Shown here: in pieces, positions 42,689 through 52,610 of the stretch
Position numbering within the stretch: position 1 is the first letter of the stretch
How the letters are laid out: every line of letters starts with the position of its first letter
Source of the DNA: a phage
Sequence record: NC_135731.1
Strand: one strand, 5' to 3'
Length of the DNA stretch: 64,000 bases
Made by a program: the position numbers and the translations under genes
Notes under the pieces: model-generated
Told to the model about the DNA's origin: nothing
Database searches by the model: none
The model's input: only the letters and a program-made list of their open reading frames with translations

Positions 42689-45600
42689 TTACTTCAGTTT
42701 CTCTTGCAACCCAGCAACAACCTCTGTCAATTTTTTAACCTGCTCCTCAAGGGCGGTTATTTTATCGTCCTGTTCCCTGCAAACCTGGACAAGCAAGCCT
42801 GTTACAGCTGCGTAATCCACGCTGTAGAATCTTTCCTCTGTTATTAAAGGAGTTCCATCCTGATCAGGGTTTGGGATTTCCTTTCTTTGCACGAAAGAGC
42901 TAACTGCTTCCGGCAGCGCTTCAAGCACTTCTTGTGCTATAACACCTGCATAAGGCATACCGTTCTCTTTAAGAGTGTAAGTATAACCCTTCATCTTCCG
43001 GATAGCTTCTAACGCATCAGGAATAACAGATATGTTATCTTTCAGGTCTCTGTCAGAACTCTGATTGACAGATGTGCAATTCACAGCACCGTTTACAGAA
43101 AGATATCTTGATTTATCCGGCAAGGTACCGCAATGCCATACCCAATTTGCTTGAGACTCGTCACGAACCTTAAACTCTAACACGTTTGGACGATCCCCTG
43201 TGCTGCCGTTACCCCAATAATGGAGTACAGCATCATCCTTGGGTAAGCCATCTGCGTTGGAGGGAAGACCATTAGCACCGATATGAATTTCCAGTTGATT
43301 ACTGGTTTCACCAAAAATGTGATTAGGTCTTAACTGAATGCCCTTACCAGCATCGTGTCTCCATTCTTCCCAAGTAAAGACATCGCCAACGTAGTTACCA
43401 GCACGAGTATATCTGTCACCAAAATAGGTGATATATTCCTGCACACAACCTTGAGGTCTGTTAGCTGTGTTTTTGTAAACAAGCAGTGTACCAGCGTACG
43501 GAGCAGGGTAGTGGCGATCTGTTACAAGTGCGTCAGCGTTTGAACCCTGGTGATAGAAACCTTCACGGCTACCATCGTAGTCATTAAGGTCTTCTGTCCC
43601 TAGACCTTGACCACGGTGCTGAATAACTTTGTTCCACGCCCTGTGGTTTCCCTGCTCTATGGAACGAGTGTACAACTGGTCTAAACGACCTGCCATCTGG
43701 AAAGCGTAGTTTCCAGAAAATGCCACAGACAGTCCGCCAACAACCATTGAACCTTCAGGTCCGTTGACGTTGCCAGCCAGTATTTTGGATGGGTTGTTAG
43801 GCCCAAACTGGTTGTTCCAGTCTGCACCCGTATGACATACAAAACCACCTGGTGCCGAGAAAGTACCATCTTTGTTGAAATTGTAGAATCTGTGAGCAGA
43901 ACCTACAACATCACGAACAATAACTTGACCAGCCTCTGGAGTAGATCTGAACTCTGCCTGACCTTTGAGACCAGCACCATTACCGCATTTGGAGGTAAAC
44001 GTACCGTTAGTCAGATCCTCTGTCCCATCTGATGCACACTGGAAGCCTGCATTAGAGAATAACGCCTTTCTAGGACTGCCGTAGCACAAATAGTCAAGAC
44101 CGTCGGCGCATAGCTCGACTTTTGGCATATTCATTTTGCTCATCACAGCATAGCGTTCAGCAGTGCCTATATAGTGCCACTGTGTGCCGCCACCAGTGTA
44201 GAACCCTGAAGTCCCTTTGAAGTCAACAATAGGTCTGGTGTTGGTATTATTATCTCCAAGAACAGCAAGATTCAAATCTGCTGACTGGAGAGGTGCAACG
44301 AACTTAACACCGTCCTGATTGTCTGTTACAGAGCCAACCTGGTAATCTTGCTCCCTGGTAAACACCTCGACAACATTTCTACTTGCGTATATGCTGACAG
44401 GGAAAGCACGCGCCTCTGCATAGAAAGCAACATATTCTTGTTTACCCCTTGTTGGAGCAACCATCCCAAGAAGTGCTTTTTCATTCTGGTAGAAATTTAC
44501 TACCCCGTAGAAAGAGTCTCCTCTGTCTGTCCAACCACCAGTTCTATAGTGACACTGCAGAGTCGCACAGTTCATAGGGTCACTGCCGGATGACGATCTG
44601 GTAACTATGGTAATATCAGTGCCAGTTGCTGGAGCATAGTACGGATCTGTTCTGACGATAATTGGGTAGTATTTCCCATCTTCCATCCCTGCGGTTCTTG
44701 GCAGTGTTAAGAAGTCTTTTACACCTGCTGCTATAGGAACTTTGAACAGATTCTGAGCATCTGCTAAAGTTGTGGCCCCAGTACCACCTGCGGCGTGAGG
44801 TAAAGGTTCCCACTTGGCCTTCCGGTTGTTATAAACACCCCATTCCAGAGTGCCGTTACCGGATTCATCCATCCCGCCATCCCAGATGACCATCTTGGCG
44901 GCTTTCTTGGATCCCCAGAAGCCTCTTTCTGCTCCTGAACTGCGGATCCACTCTCCAAGTCCCCAGTTTGTCAGCTGACCAGTAAGATCCCCAACCTGCA
45001 TGTATTTAGGACAATCTAAGACCCCATCCTCACGGAATCCTAAATATCTATGAGTTTCAGATCCTTTTGCGCCTTTGTGCAGGTGGATTGTCAACCAAGC
45101 TTTGTTATCGTTCCTTACCTCAGAGTAAATCCTATACCCATGCTCAAGGACACCATCAGCGCTGTATTTGTCTCCGTTAACAATACCTGATGCTGACTTA
45201 ACATCAGCAGAACTTTGAGACAGGTAAAGGTGACCGAAGGTAGGGGAGTTTCTAGACCCGAGACCGATGTGCGCTCTAAAGGTCTCATCGTTACGAGGTC
45301 TGACCATCGGCTGCCATGCAGTCCACTGATTTGTGTCGGCCTGATAGGTTCTCAAATACCAAACATCTACGTTAGAGAATGGATAGTATTCCTGACGACA
45401 ACCTGTACCGCCGTTAGCATTGTTCTGCCAAACAATCAAGTGACCAGCACCAGAACCTGCAGGGTATCCATTTGCCTCAGTTGCATAAGCAGTCATTGGC
45501 TGGTAGTATACACCATCCTGATTACCAGTCAAGTTATTGATATTGAAATTTGGCTCAAGGGCTGCACGTTGCTTATAGAAAGCACCGATATTGATACGGA

Positions 45601-46495
45601 TTCCAGCGGCATCTCTAGCCCCTGTGCCGCCCTGCTCTATAGCAAGAGGCTGCCAAGAAGCTGTTTGTTGGTTCCACATACCCCAACGGCCTGTTGCATC
45701 AAGCTGCAAGTACCCTGCCGTGTTTAAATCATCTCCAGCACGGATAACTGTTCTTGTTGGATTATTTGCCTCTAGGCGTTTAAATTCATCACGAAGTGCT
45801 ATTCTTTTTGTTGTTGCTACACCGTTGGTTACTGCGATGGTATACATTGCTCCGGAGGTAGCTCCACGGAAAATACCATCAACAGTTGTAGTATCACGAC
45901 GAGATACCACACCGTTCAGAAATTTTTCACCAGCTGCTACAGAAGGATAGTTGGTGGTTCTTCCCTCTTCAATAACTGCAGGGCCAACAAAGTTATCAAG
46001 GTGGATAACATCGCCTACAGTGTGCACTGTACCAAAATCTACACGCTGTGCAAGTGCTTTAGCATCGTTAGCTGTCTGAACAGTAACATCCATTACATCC
46101 TGGACAGACTGACCTTCAGCTGTCATAATCATGGATGCGCCAATGGTAGATTCCAGCTCCTCTCTCAATGATGGATCTGTATATACCATCCATGCAGCGT
46201 CAGTAATCCCACCATCGGAGTACGGTGAAGACAATGCAGGAACAGTGTGCGGAAATTCGCCTTTCCAACGCAGGTAGAGGTCTTCCTCTTCGAAGTAGGC
46301 AAAATCCATTGGGCCGTTTAACTTACCACCTTCCTTAAAGGAGATTACATGAGAAACAGTCCCATCCACATGGACAACATCGCCAATTTTTACACGACGG
46401 GTCAGGTCTGGTTGTTGAACAACCAGGTAATCATCCTCTGTCACTGCGGTAGTGGCAGGAAGAGATTCAATTCTGACAACTTTAATATCAGCCAT
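42689..46495 (-). CDS. long tail fibre or tailspike (1268 aa) with C-terminal intramolecular chaperone (peptidase S74-like) domain
   Basis: C-terminus SDRDLKDNISVIPDALEAIRKMKGYTYTLKENGMPYAGVIAQEVLEALPEAV followed by a coiled coil matches the auto-cleaving chaperone domain of endosialidase and T5 L-shaped fibre type proteins; N-terminal roughly 80 aa are shared with the 49130-49798 product. Confidence 0.7.
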   Translation of the reverse strand: MADIKVVRIESLPATTAVTEDDYLVVQQPDLTRRVKIGDVVHVDGTVSHVISFKEGGKLNGPMDFAYFEEEDLYLRWKGEFPHTVPALSSPYSDGGITDAAWMVYTDPSLREELESTIGASMIMTAEGQSVQDVMDVTVQTANDAKALAQRVDFGTVHTVGDVIHLDNFVGPAVIEEGRTTNYPSVAAGEKFLNGVVSRRDTTTVDGIFRGATSGAMYTIAVTNGVATTKRIALRDEFKRLEANNPTRTVIRAGDDLNTAGYLQLDATGRWGMWNQQTASWQPLAIEQGGTGARDAAGIRINIGAFYKQRAALEPNFNINNLTGNQDGVYYQPMTAYATEANGYPAGSGAGHLIVWQNNANGGTGCRQEYYPFSNVDVWYLRTYQADTNQWTAWQPMVRPRNDETFRAHIGLGSRNSPTFGHLYLSQSSADVKSASGIVNGDKYSADGVLEHGYRIYSEVRNDNKAWLTIHLHKGAKGSETHRYLGFREDGVLDCPKYMQVGDLTGQLTNWGLGEWIRSSGAERGFWGSKKAAKMVIWDGGMDESGNGTLEWGVYNNRKAKWEPLPHAAGGTGATTLADAQNLFKVPIAAGVKDFLTLPRTAGMEDGKYYPIIVRTDPYYAPATGTDITIVTRSSSGSDPMNCATLQCHYRTGGWTDRGDSFYGVVNFYQNEKALLGMVAPTRGKQEYVAFYAEARAFPVSIYASRNVVEVFTREQDYQVGSVTDNQDGVKFVAPLQSADLNLAVLGDNNTNTRPIVDFKGTSGFYTGGGTQWHYIGTAERYAVMSKMNMPKVELCADGLDYLCYGSPRKALFSNAGFQCASDGTEDLTNGTFTSKCGNGAGLKGQAEFRSTPEAGQVIVRDVVGSAHRFYNFNKDGTFSAPGGFVCHTGADWNNQFGPNNPSKILAGNVNGPEGSMVVGGLSVAFSGNYAFQMAGRLDQLYTRSIEQGNHRAWNKVIQHRGQGLGTEDLNDYDGSREGFYHQGSNADALVTDRHYPAPYAGTLLVYKNTANRPQGCVQEYITYFGDRYTRAGNYVGDVFTWEEWRHDAGKGIQLRPNHIFGETSNQLEIHIGANGLPSNADGLPKDDAVLHYWGNGSTGDRPNVLEFKVRDESQANWVWHCGTLPDKSRYLSVNGAVNCTSVNQSSDRDLKDNISVIPDALEAIRKMKGYTYTLKENGMPYAGVIAQEVLEALPEAVSSFVQRKEIPNPDQDGTPLITEERFYSVDYAAVTGLLVQVCREQDDKITALEEQVKKLTEVVAGLQEKLK

Positions 46496-46508
46496 TCTTT
46501 CTCCTGAA

Positions 46509-46526
46509 AGGGGGCAAACAGCCCCC
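46509..46526 (-). terminator. hairpin directly upstream of the fibre gene RBS (attenuator-like)
   Basis: Minus-sense GGGGGC-TGTTT-GCCCCC followed by TTTCAGGAGAAAGA and ATG at 46495; short T-tract, so probably partial termination. Confidence 0.35.
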
Positions 46527-46530
46527 TATG

Positions 46531-49128
46531 TTAAAGGTACAATCCACGGTATTGAGCATAAAGGCCCAGACCGCGAAGGATTTCGCCAGAGTGATAGCCA
46601 ACCGGATCAGAAACTGCCCAGCAGCCGTTTAAAACATTATCACCATTGATGAAGTGGTGCTTTTGCAGTAGCTTCACACAGGCCTCTACAACAATATCTA
46701 TTTGAGGTATTGTCTCTGAATACCCGCACAGACCTAGCCAGCAGCAACCTGCAAGCCATTCACCTACCACCCACATCCTGTCTCCTCTGTCCTGATAAGA
46801 ATATCCCCCCGAGGTGTTAAAGTCTGTAGGTAGATTTCCTGAATGAGATGACTGGAATCTGTTGAGGAACCATGCCCATTTCTGGCAGAACAGGAATAGT
46901 CTTTCATCAACAGGTTCTTTATGTTTCTTGAGCTCATATATTGTGCGGCACGCAGCAACAAAAGATCTTGACTGGAGCTTAGAGTTATCTACCATCTCCC
47001 ACCAACCAGTCAGCCCTTCATTACCTCTTTGCCATACATAACGTGAGGCAACTGGACCCTCTGTCTTAAATGTATTATTATACCAGACTTGAGCGTCATA
47101 CAGAAAGCCTATTGTATTTGACAATCTATGGCGATCTATGTTTTCTGCACCCATGCAGTATACTGCTGGGTATTGCATGCCTGGGTAGGGCCAATTTGGC
47201 CTTTCCTCTAAGAGATAGTTTTCCTTATCTATCACCTTTCCGGCAGGGAACACACCTGGTGTGTGCCTGTATGCACCTTGCTTGTAGTTTCTGACATAGC
47301 AATCGCCAACCTTAGCGGTTGATTCTGTCTTGCTTGCCATCCACACGCTAAACCAGATTAGATAAGCATCCCTATCTGCAATATAGAATTGCGGCAGCGT
47401 GTTGACGCAATACAGATCAAACAAGCCATTACCTATCTGCCTGTCGCTTAGGCTGAAATCTACAGAGGTGAGTCCCTTAGGATTAGCAAAGAAAGGTTTA
47501 ATCTCTTCTTCAGTGTGATGAGGTTGTGTCGGATCTAGTTTGAAATCTCCTAGAGTAAGAGTTTCTGTTATCCATTGTCCATTAGTGGCATATAGATCAG
47601 CATACCATAACCACCTGTCTTTGTCAAGAAATTTGACCCTTACCATCTCATCATCTGATCGATAAGTTACTGAGTTTAAAGAAATCTCTCTTCCAAAATT
47701 GAAAGTTACTTTGCCTCTTGCTATATTACAACGGGTGAAGTTGTCAGAGTGGTTGTAAATGTCAGTATCGTACTGCATACTAACACTGGCACCACCGCTC
47801 ACGGCAATATTTTCCTCTTTAGGTAAGAGGTACGGATTACCGTCTTTACCAACTACCTCTACGAAATCAGTAACCTTGGCAACTATTTCTGTTACCTCTG
47901 CCCCTCCAAAAGGAACCCCTATCCTGTACTGTTTTTTGTTATTGTTGCCATCATTAAGGATGAAATGTGGCTGGAACAGAACCCCTTCTCCTCCGAAATT
48001 CATAACAATTTCAGCATCTCTGCCTATTTTATATGTAGTCCCTTTTTGAATTATTTCGCAAGGCTGGCGTGCGTTCATCCTAAAATTGATATACCCGTCA
48101 CTGTCCCTACTCATGACAGGAACTGTTCCTGCAACAAGACAAGTACCATCTGTGAACGGTGCCTTAATCAACGTGGTCTTTCTAAACAACTTGTCGTAGG
48201 CGTTTATATCACTGAAATTAAGCAACTTGTTGTAAGACTGTTTAAACGCGGTGTAATACTTTTCCTCACCTGTCAAGGTGTAGAGTTGATAACAAGCGTC
48301 ACACCACATTTCTTCCCCGTCCAACTCTGGGGCCTGATTATCTGCAACCACGTTTATAGGATTTACAATTACAGGGGATCCAGCAGGTATCACCGATCCA
48401 CCCTGCTCTTGAGGTAATCTTACACAATAGGTCACCTTGTGGCTTCCTGTAACACCCTTATCTTGTAATTGGATTGTGCCGAACTCTATAGACGTATGCC
48501 CACTGTCGGCTATGCTCCCGTTAGCCCAATAGCGGTTACCATCCCATGCTATGTACCACTCAACCCACCAACTTAATCCTGATGTTGTCCAATCTGGGTT
48601 AGCATCTGTGCCACCGTAAACATCAGAGTCTACAGTGTTTCTTCCTAACACACCGTTATACGCTTGGAATGCCTTGTCCAGGTATTCCCCCCATGTCGGA
48701 GCTCCCGCTGGGATTTTTCCTCTACCGTTGGTAAAAGACACCACCACATCTTTAAACCCACCGTGTGATGGAACCCCATCTGTGGATAGAGGGTAGTGGG
48801 ACAATCTTTGCATTTTACTTTCTACGGCATATGCACCCAGAAGATGACTATTGTAAGCTTCCCAAGCATCTTTTGCCCTATCCAGATAGAAATCGCTTTT
48901 CGATGCCCTGTATGCTTCAATGTATCCCAGAATCAACACAGCTTGGGACTCATGCATTGCCCAATCGTTATTTATCTTATTACCTGCCCACCCTGCAGCT
49001 ATAAGACCATCAGGGTTTACTAGCTTATTTTGTGTAGGTGTGTTGGTAATACCTGTGTTGTTATCGAGGCACTTCCTGTGCCCCTCAATCATCTGAAATA
49101 CGTTATCAATGTTGTGTTGAATACGCAT
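46531..49128 (-). CDS. large tail-associated protein (865 aa), possibly a polysaccharide-degrading tailspike
   Basis: ATG lies 1 nt after the stop of the 222-aa anchor-like gene (TAAGATG) with GGAG upstream; aromatic-rich, enzyme-like composition; no catalytic motif confirmed. Confidence 0.4.
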   Translation of the reverse strand: MRIQHNIDNVFQMIEGHRKCLDNNTGITNTPTQNKLVNPDGLIAAGWAGNKINNDWAMHESQAVLILGYIEAYRASKSDFYLDRAKDAWEAYNSHLLGAYAVESKMQRLSHYPLSTDGVPSHGGFKDVVVSFTNGRGKIPAGAPTWGEYLDKAFQAYNGVLGRNTVDSDVYGGTDANPDWTTSGLSWWVEWYIAWDGNRYWANGSIADSGHTSIEFGTIQLQDKGVTGSHKVTYCVRLPQEQGGSVIPAGSPVIVNPINVVADNQAPELDGEEMWCDACYQLYTLTGEEKYYTAFKQSYNKLLNFSDINAYDKLFRKTTLIKAPFTDGTCLVAGTVPVMSRDSDGYINFRMNARQPCEIIQKGTTYKIGRDAEIVMNFGGEGVLFQPHFILNDGNNNKKQYRIGVPFGGAEVTEIVAKVTDFVEVVGKDGNPYLLPKEENIAVSGGASVSMQYDTDIYNHSDNFTRCNIARGKVTFNFGREISLNSVTYRSDDEMVRVKFLDKDRWLWYADLYATNGQWITETLTLGDFKLDPTQPHHTEEEIKPFFANPKGLTSVDFSLSDRQIGNGLFDLYCVNTLPQFYIADRDAYLIWFSVWMASKTESTAKVGDCYVRNYKQGAYRHTPGVFPAGKVIDKENYLLEERPNWPYPGMQYPAVYCMGAENIDRHRLSNTIGFLYDAQVWYNNTFKTEGPVASRYVWQRGNEGLTGWWEMVDNSKLQSRSFVAACRTIYELKKHKEPVDERLFLFCQKWAWFLNRFQSSHSGNLPTDFNTSGGYSYQDRGDRMWVVGEWLAGCCWLGLCGYSETIPQIDIVVEACVKLLQKHHFINGDNVLNGCWAVSDPVGYHSGEILRGLGLYAQYRGLYL

Positions 49129-49129
49129 C

Positions 49130-49798
49130 TTAGATAGCTCCTGCGATAATCAGTGCCCCGTACCAAGTTAACCCGTTGTCGTAGGTTTCCAACTTGAAAA
49201 TGTCTGTTGCACCAGCTGTAAATGTTAGGATAGGATCTCTTCCGTAGGACCATTTAACATTACCAGGCCAATAGACTTTGTTGCCGCCAGAGGTCTGAGT
49301 AATGCATACGGTTATAGTTCTCGCCACCCCTTCAAGACCTTCTGTTTGATTTTCAAAAGAGATTGTGGTATTTGAAGTTAGTCGAACCTTAAAGGTATCC
49401 GCAACTTCAAGATCCATATCAAGCTGACCACCGATAGATCCGTAATCAACTATTCTGCCAGAAGAAGTTGCAGCAAGCTCACCAAAAACAGACCAGGCGT
49501 TTGCAGACACACCCCCAGCACCCTCTACAGTGGAGTCTGGGAGGATTATTTTAGGATAATCCCCGTTCCACGTGTAGTAGCGCTTAGTTTCTGGATCATA
49601 AGCAAAGTCCTTCTTGCTCTTAAGATAACCACCCTCTGTGAAATAGACTATTTTAGTAATGCTGAGATCGTTGACAACATCATCAATCTTAGCCTTTCTT
49701 GTCCCATCAGTCTGGTTGACAACCAAGAAGTCATCACTCAGGACTGTTTCTGCATCTTCAAGATCTGGAATTGGTATTGTAGGATAAGCTACAGCCAT
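49130..49798 (-). CDS. tail protein carrying a fibre N-terminal anchor-like domain (222 aa)
   Basis: N-terminus (DDFLVVNQTDGTRKAKIDDVV ... EGGYL...DFAY) is homologous to the N-terminus of the 1268-aa fibre (DDYLVVQQPDLTRRVKIGDVV ... EGGKL...DFAY). Confidence 0.5.
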   Translation of the reverse strand: MAVAYPTIPIPDLEDAETVLSDDFLVVNQTDGTRKAKIDDVVNDLSITKIVYFTEGGYLKSKKDFAYDPETKRYYTWNGDYPKIILPDSTVEGAGGVSANAWSVFGELAATSSGRIVDYGSIGGQLDMDLEVADTFKVRLTSNTTISFENQTEGLEGVARTITVCITQTSGGNKVYWPGNVKWSYGRDPILTFTAGATDIFKLETYDNGLTWYGALIIAGAI

Positions 49799-49807
49799 GA
49801 TTTCTCC

Positions 49808-50524
49808 TTAGTTAACATCAATAGCACGACCAGACTGGTTGGCAATAGCCTCATCATTGGAGGTAGCAATAACACCAGAGTATTCGCGCTCATCTGGAGC
49901 AAGCGTCCAGGTATTGCGGTTAATGGTTTGTTCTGCCTCAGTCATCAGCAGATCTTTATCCTGAGTCAACAGAGAGCCTACAGGGATCGGGTTTTCCATC
50001 TCAGGACCAGCATACTGGTTCCACCATGTGGCATCTCCGGTTCTAGGCAATCTGAAGTTGATCAGGTAGTACAGTTTATTAGCCCACTTAATCCAACCCT
50101 CATCATCACAGAGAGAGGTTGTCCCAGAATCAGGTTGTGGGTAGGTAAACTGATCAAGACCTACGAAAGCCAGCCTTACAATCTCGTTCTCTTTGGTAAC
50201 AACCTCAAAGAACGCTTGGTATGTTCTCGATCTTCGATCCATGGTAGACTGGAAGTTTACGATGTTTAGCACATCCGGCTCTTGTCTTGCCACTTCCATA
50301 ATCTTGTTATCAAGAACAGTCTTCATGACCTTCTTACTGAGAAAGTCCATATAAGGGAAGCCAAACAACTCGTCAAAGTACCAGCTCCCCTTCCACGTAT
50401 TAAACCTCATCCACAAGCGCTGGCGCAGACTTACCTGGTTTGAATCTATCAACTCAAGACCTTTGTCTATCGCCAAATCACCTGTCTGTGGGTCCATCAA
50501 TATATCACTATAAAGCGTAGCCAT
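49808..50524 (-). CDS. putative baseplate protein (238 aa)
   Basis: Immediately downstream of the spike-like gene, where baseplate wedge genes sit in P2/Mu-type tails; positional call only. Confidence 0.35.
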   Translation of the reverse strand: MATLYSDILMDPQTGDLAIDKGLELIDSNQVSLRQRLWMRFNTWKGSWYFDELFGFPYMDFLSKKVMKTVLDNKIMEVARQEPDVLNIVNFQSTMDRRSRTYQAFFEVVTKENEIVRLAFVGLDQFTYPQPDSGTTSLCDDEGWIKWANKLYYLINFRLPRTGDATWWNQYAGPEMENPIPVGSLLTQDKDLLMTEAEQTINRNTWTLAPDEREYSGVIATSNDEAIANQSGRAIDVN

Positions 50525-50536
50525 GAAAGCCCTCTA

Positions 50537-51214
50537 TTAGTGCGGTCCACTTGTCTCGCCATCAGGGCAAGAGTGGGTATGACCTTTATATTCTGCATAG
50601 AATGAATCCAAATCCACACCAGCAGCAGTTATAATTCTACCAGATGGGTCTATTGTGGCACCATTCATTCTGATATTTCCATCCACAGCAGCTCGCAAAT
50701 TGGCAGCACCGTTAGTGAAAGAAAACTCCCCGCTGCTGTCGCACCGTAATGTCCCACCCGGTGTTTGAAGCTCAAAATCTCCAGAAGGTGTCAGTTTAAA
50801 ATAGACCTTATCATTCCATAACTCTACGTTATCAGGATCGATCTGTAAAGCGTTTGAGTCTGAATGAACAGAGGTTATTGCCCACCCAGGAAACAGGCCG
50901 TGAGTTTGTTGATCGTCGTTATTGTTTTCATTTCTCTCTGAAAACTGCAATCCTACAACATCACCAGCTTTAATAGGAAGTGTTAACCTTGCCTTTCCAC
51001 TGTTTGCAGACATCACCTGAATTGGAACGTCATAGATAAGAGGGTATCTCTCCACATCTCCATCATCAAACGTGGTTTCAGCTATTGGCTGCACGGCTGC
51101 AGAAGGGATACTGTAGTCTACACTGACAACTCTGGCCCTGATACTGGTGTGGTAGTCCCTCATTATTTTTTCTATAAAGGATCTTACAGCAGCATCTTTC
51201 CTATTTATTGCCAT
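50537..51214 (-). CDS. baseplate central spike protein (P2 gpV / Mu gp45-like)
   Basis: C-terminus KGHTHSCPDGETSGPH resembles the recalled P2 gpV terminus (HTHKHPGDSGGTTGSPL) with its His-x-His apex motif; N-terminal LPIKAGDVVGLQFSERN fits the OB-fold part of such spikes. Confidence 0.55.
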   Translation of the reverse strand: MAINRKDAAVRSFIEKIMRDYHTSIRARVVSVDYSIPSAAVQPIAETTFDDGDVERYPLIYDVPIQVMSANSGKARLTLPIKAGDVVGLQFSERNENNNDDQQTHGLFPGWAITSVHSDSNALQIDPDNVELWNDKVYFKLTPSGDFELQTPGGTLRCDSSGEFSFTNGAANLRAAVDGNIRMNGATIDPSGRIITAAGVDLDSFYAEYKGHTHSCPDGETSGPH

Positions 51215-52218
51215 TATACCTCCTCAGTTTTGTCAACAACTCCACCCACTGTTTCCCCAAGGCCAAGCTCTGTAGTGTAATCACCTCCTTCTATGGTGCC
51301 CTTATGATGCACCGTGATCACCTTATAGAATCCTGTATATTGCTTGCTTTTAAGATAAATAGTGGACTCTGGGAGGATAGCTCCGTTAAGGCATGTGGTT
51401 ACAGTAAGGCCAACATCCTCTCTCGGGTTTTTCTTTTTCTTTTTAGATGTCGAACCACCTTTGGCAGCAGCTTTAGCTTTTCGTTTTTTAGCAGGTTCTG
51501 GATTTTTAGGGGTAGGAGATCCATGCATCCCAGACTCTGCACTTATTTCAAACACAGAGTCTTTGAACCTTTTTCCAACCTTGGTCCAATACAAAGCCCC
51601 ATCCTGAACGCTAAATGTGGAGTTGGTCAGCCTTGCAAACCTGCGGAGGTTCTCTGCAGTGTTTCCAGAGAAAGCCATAGAGTATTGTAAAGTCTGGTTT
51701 CCAAAACCCACAACCCTACCTTTTGGCAAGTTCATATCCTTCAGTAGGTCATTAAGCACAGAGTTCAGAGGTGTGCCTTTCTGATAAGATCTTGTGCTTT
51801 GGCACTTAATGATGTTCTCAGTGCCATCCCCAAAGATGAACTTAGTTTTTCTGGTCGGACCTTCCCATCTGTCTTCAACAAACTCCACAGTTCCGGAGAA
51901 TATCAACTGGTTCTCATTATCATAGCCAGCTTCAAACATAACTGCAAGGGCATCGGCCTGATGCATATCCAAATAGTTAACTGTATCGTCAGACAGGTTG
52001 TAAACTGTCACATAACCTTTGTTTGGCTCTTTGGTATTGTCCTTTTGTATGTCAAACTCTATATTGGCAGCACCAGTGTCCGAGCTAACTTCATAGACTC
52101 CGGAATCACTCTCCCCTTTCTTTTCAACAGATTTTGGGATATTGGTTTTTGATTTACCACCATGTTCTACAGGACGACCAAACAATAATCGCCATGTTCT
52201 ACGTCTGTACTCTGCCAT
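51214..52218 (-). CDS. putative baseplate or tail structural protein (334 aa) with lysine-rich segment
   Basis: Position between the tape measure and spike genes; internal basic stretch KKRKAKAAAKGGSTSKKKKKNPRE; no motif match. Confidence 0.35.
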   Translation of the reverse strand: MAEYRRRTWRLLFGRPVEHGGKSKTNIPKSVEKKGESDSGVYEVSSDTGAANIEFDIQKDNTKEPNKGYVTVYNLSDDTVNYLDMHQADALAVMFEAGYDNENQLIFSGTVEFVEDRWEGPTRKTKFIFGDGTENIIKCQSTRSYQKGTPLNSVLNDLLKDMNLPKGRVVGFGNQTLQYSMAFSGNTAENLRRFARLTNSTFSVQDGALYWTKVGKRFKDSVFEISAESGMHGSPTPKNPEPAKKRKAKAAAKGGSTSKKKKKNPREDVGLTVTTCLNGAILPESTIYLKSKQYTGFYKVITVHHKGTIEGGDYTTELGLGETVGGVVDKTEEV

Positions 52219-52598
52219 TATTCTAACCCTTGCTGTTCCTTGTAAAGATCAACCGGGGTGCCGTATACAAGTTGTAGCTCAGATCTCGCCCCAAGGTTAT
52301 ATCTTCCAACCCTGCCCCAATATTGATCGTCTTTAAACGACAGCGCCATCAGTCTACCTTTCGGTAAATCATCTCTGTAATGCAGTCCGTCTAAAATATC
52401 TTGACAAGCTGTTACTTTTCTGGTTACTAAAGGACTGTCACCTACTGGACCAAGAGATAACCACCAGGACTCATCCCTCTCATTCCATTGCATACGCATT
52501 TCATACGTTTCATTGTCTAAAACAACACGCATGGTTTGATCAGGAAAGCCGTCAATGTCCCACACAAAGGTGATTATGCACCAATCTTTAAGCTCCAT
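52218..52598 (-). CDS. putative tail structural protein (126 aa)
   Basis: Co-directional with stop/start overlap in the tail module. Confidence 0.35.
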   Translation of the reverse strand: MELKDWCIITFVWDIDGFPDQTMRVVLDNETYEMRMQWNERDESWWLSLGPVGDSPLVTRKVTACQDILDGLHYRDDLPKGRLMALSFKDDQYWGRVGRYNLGARSELQLVYGTPVDLYKEQQGLE

Positions 52599-52610
52599 TA
52601 TACGCTCCCC

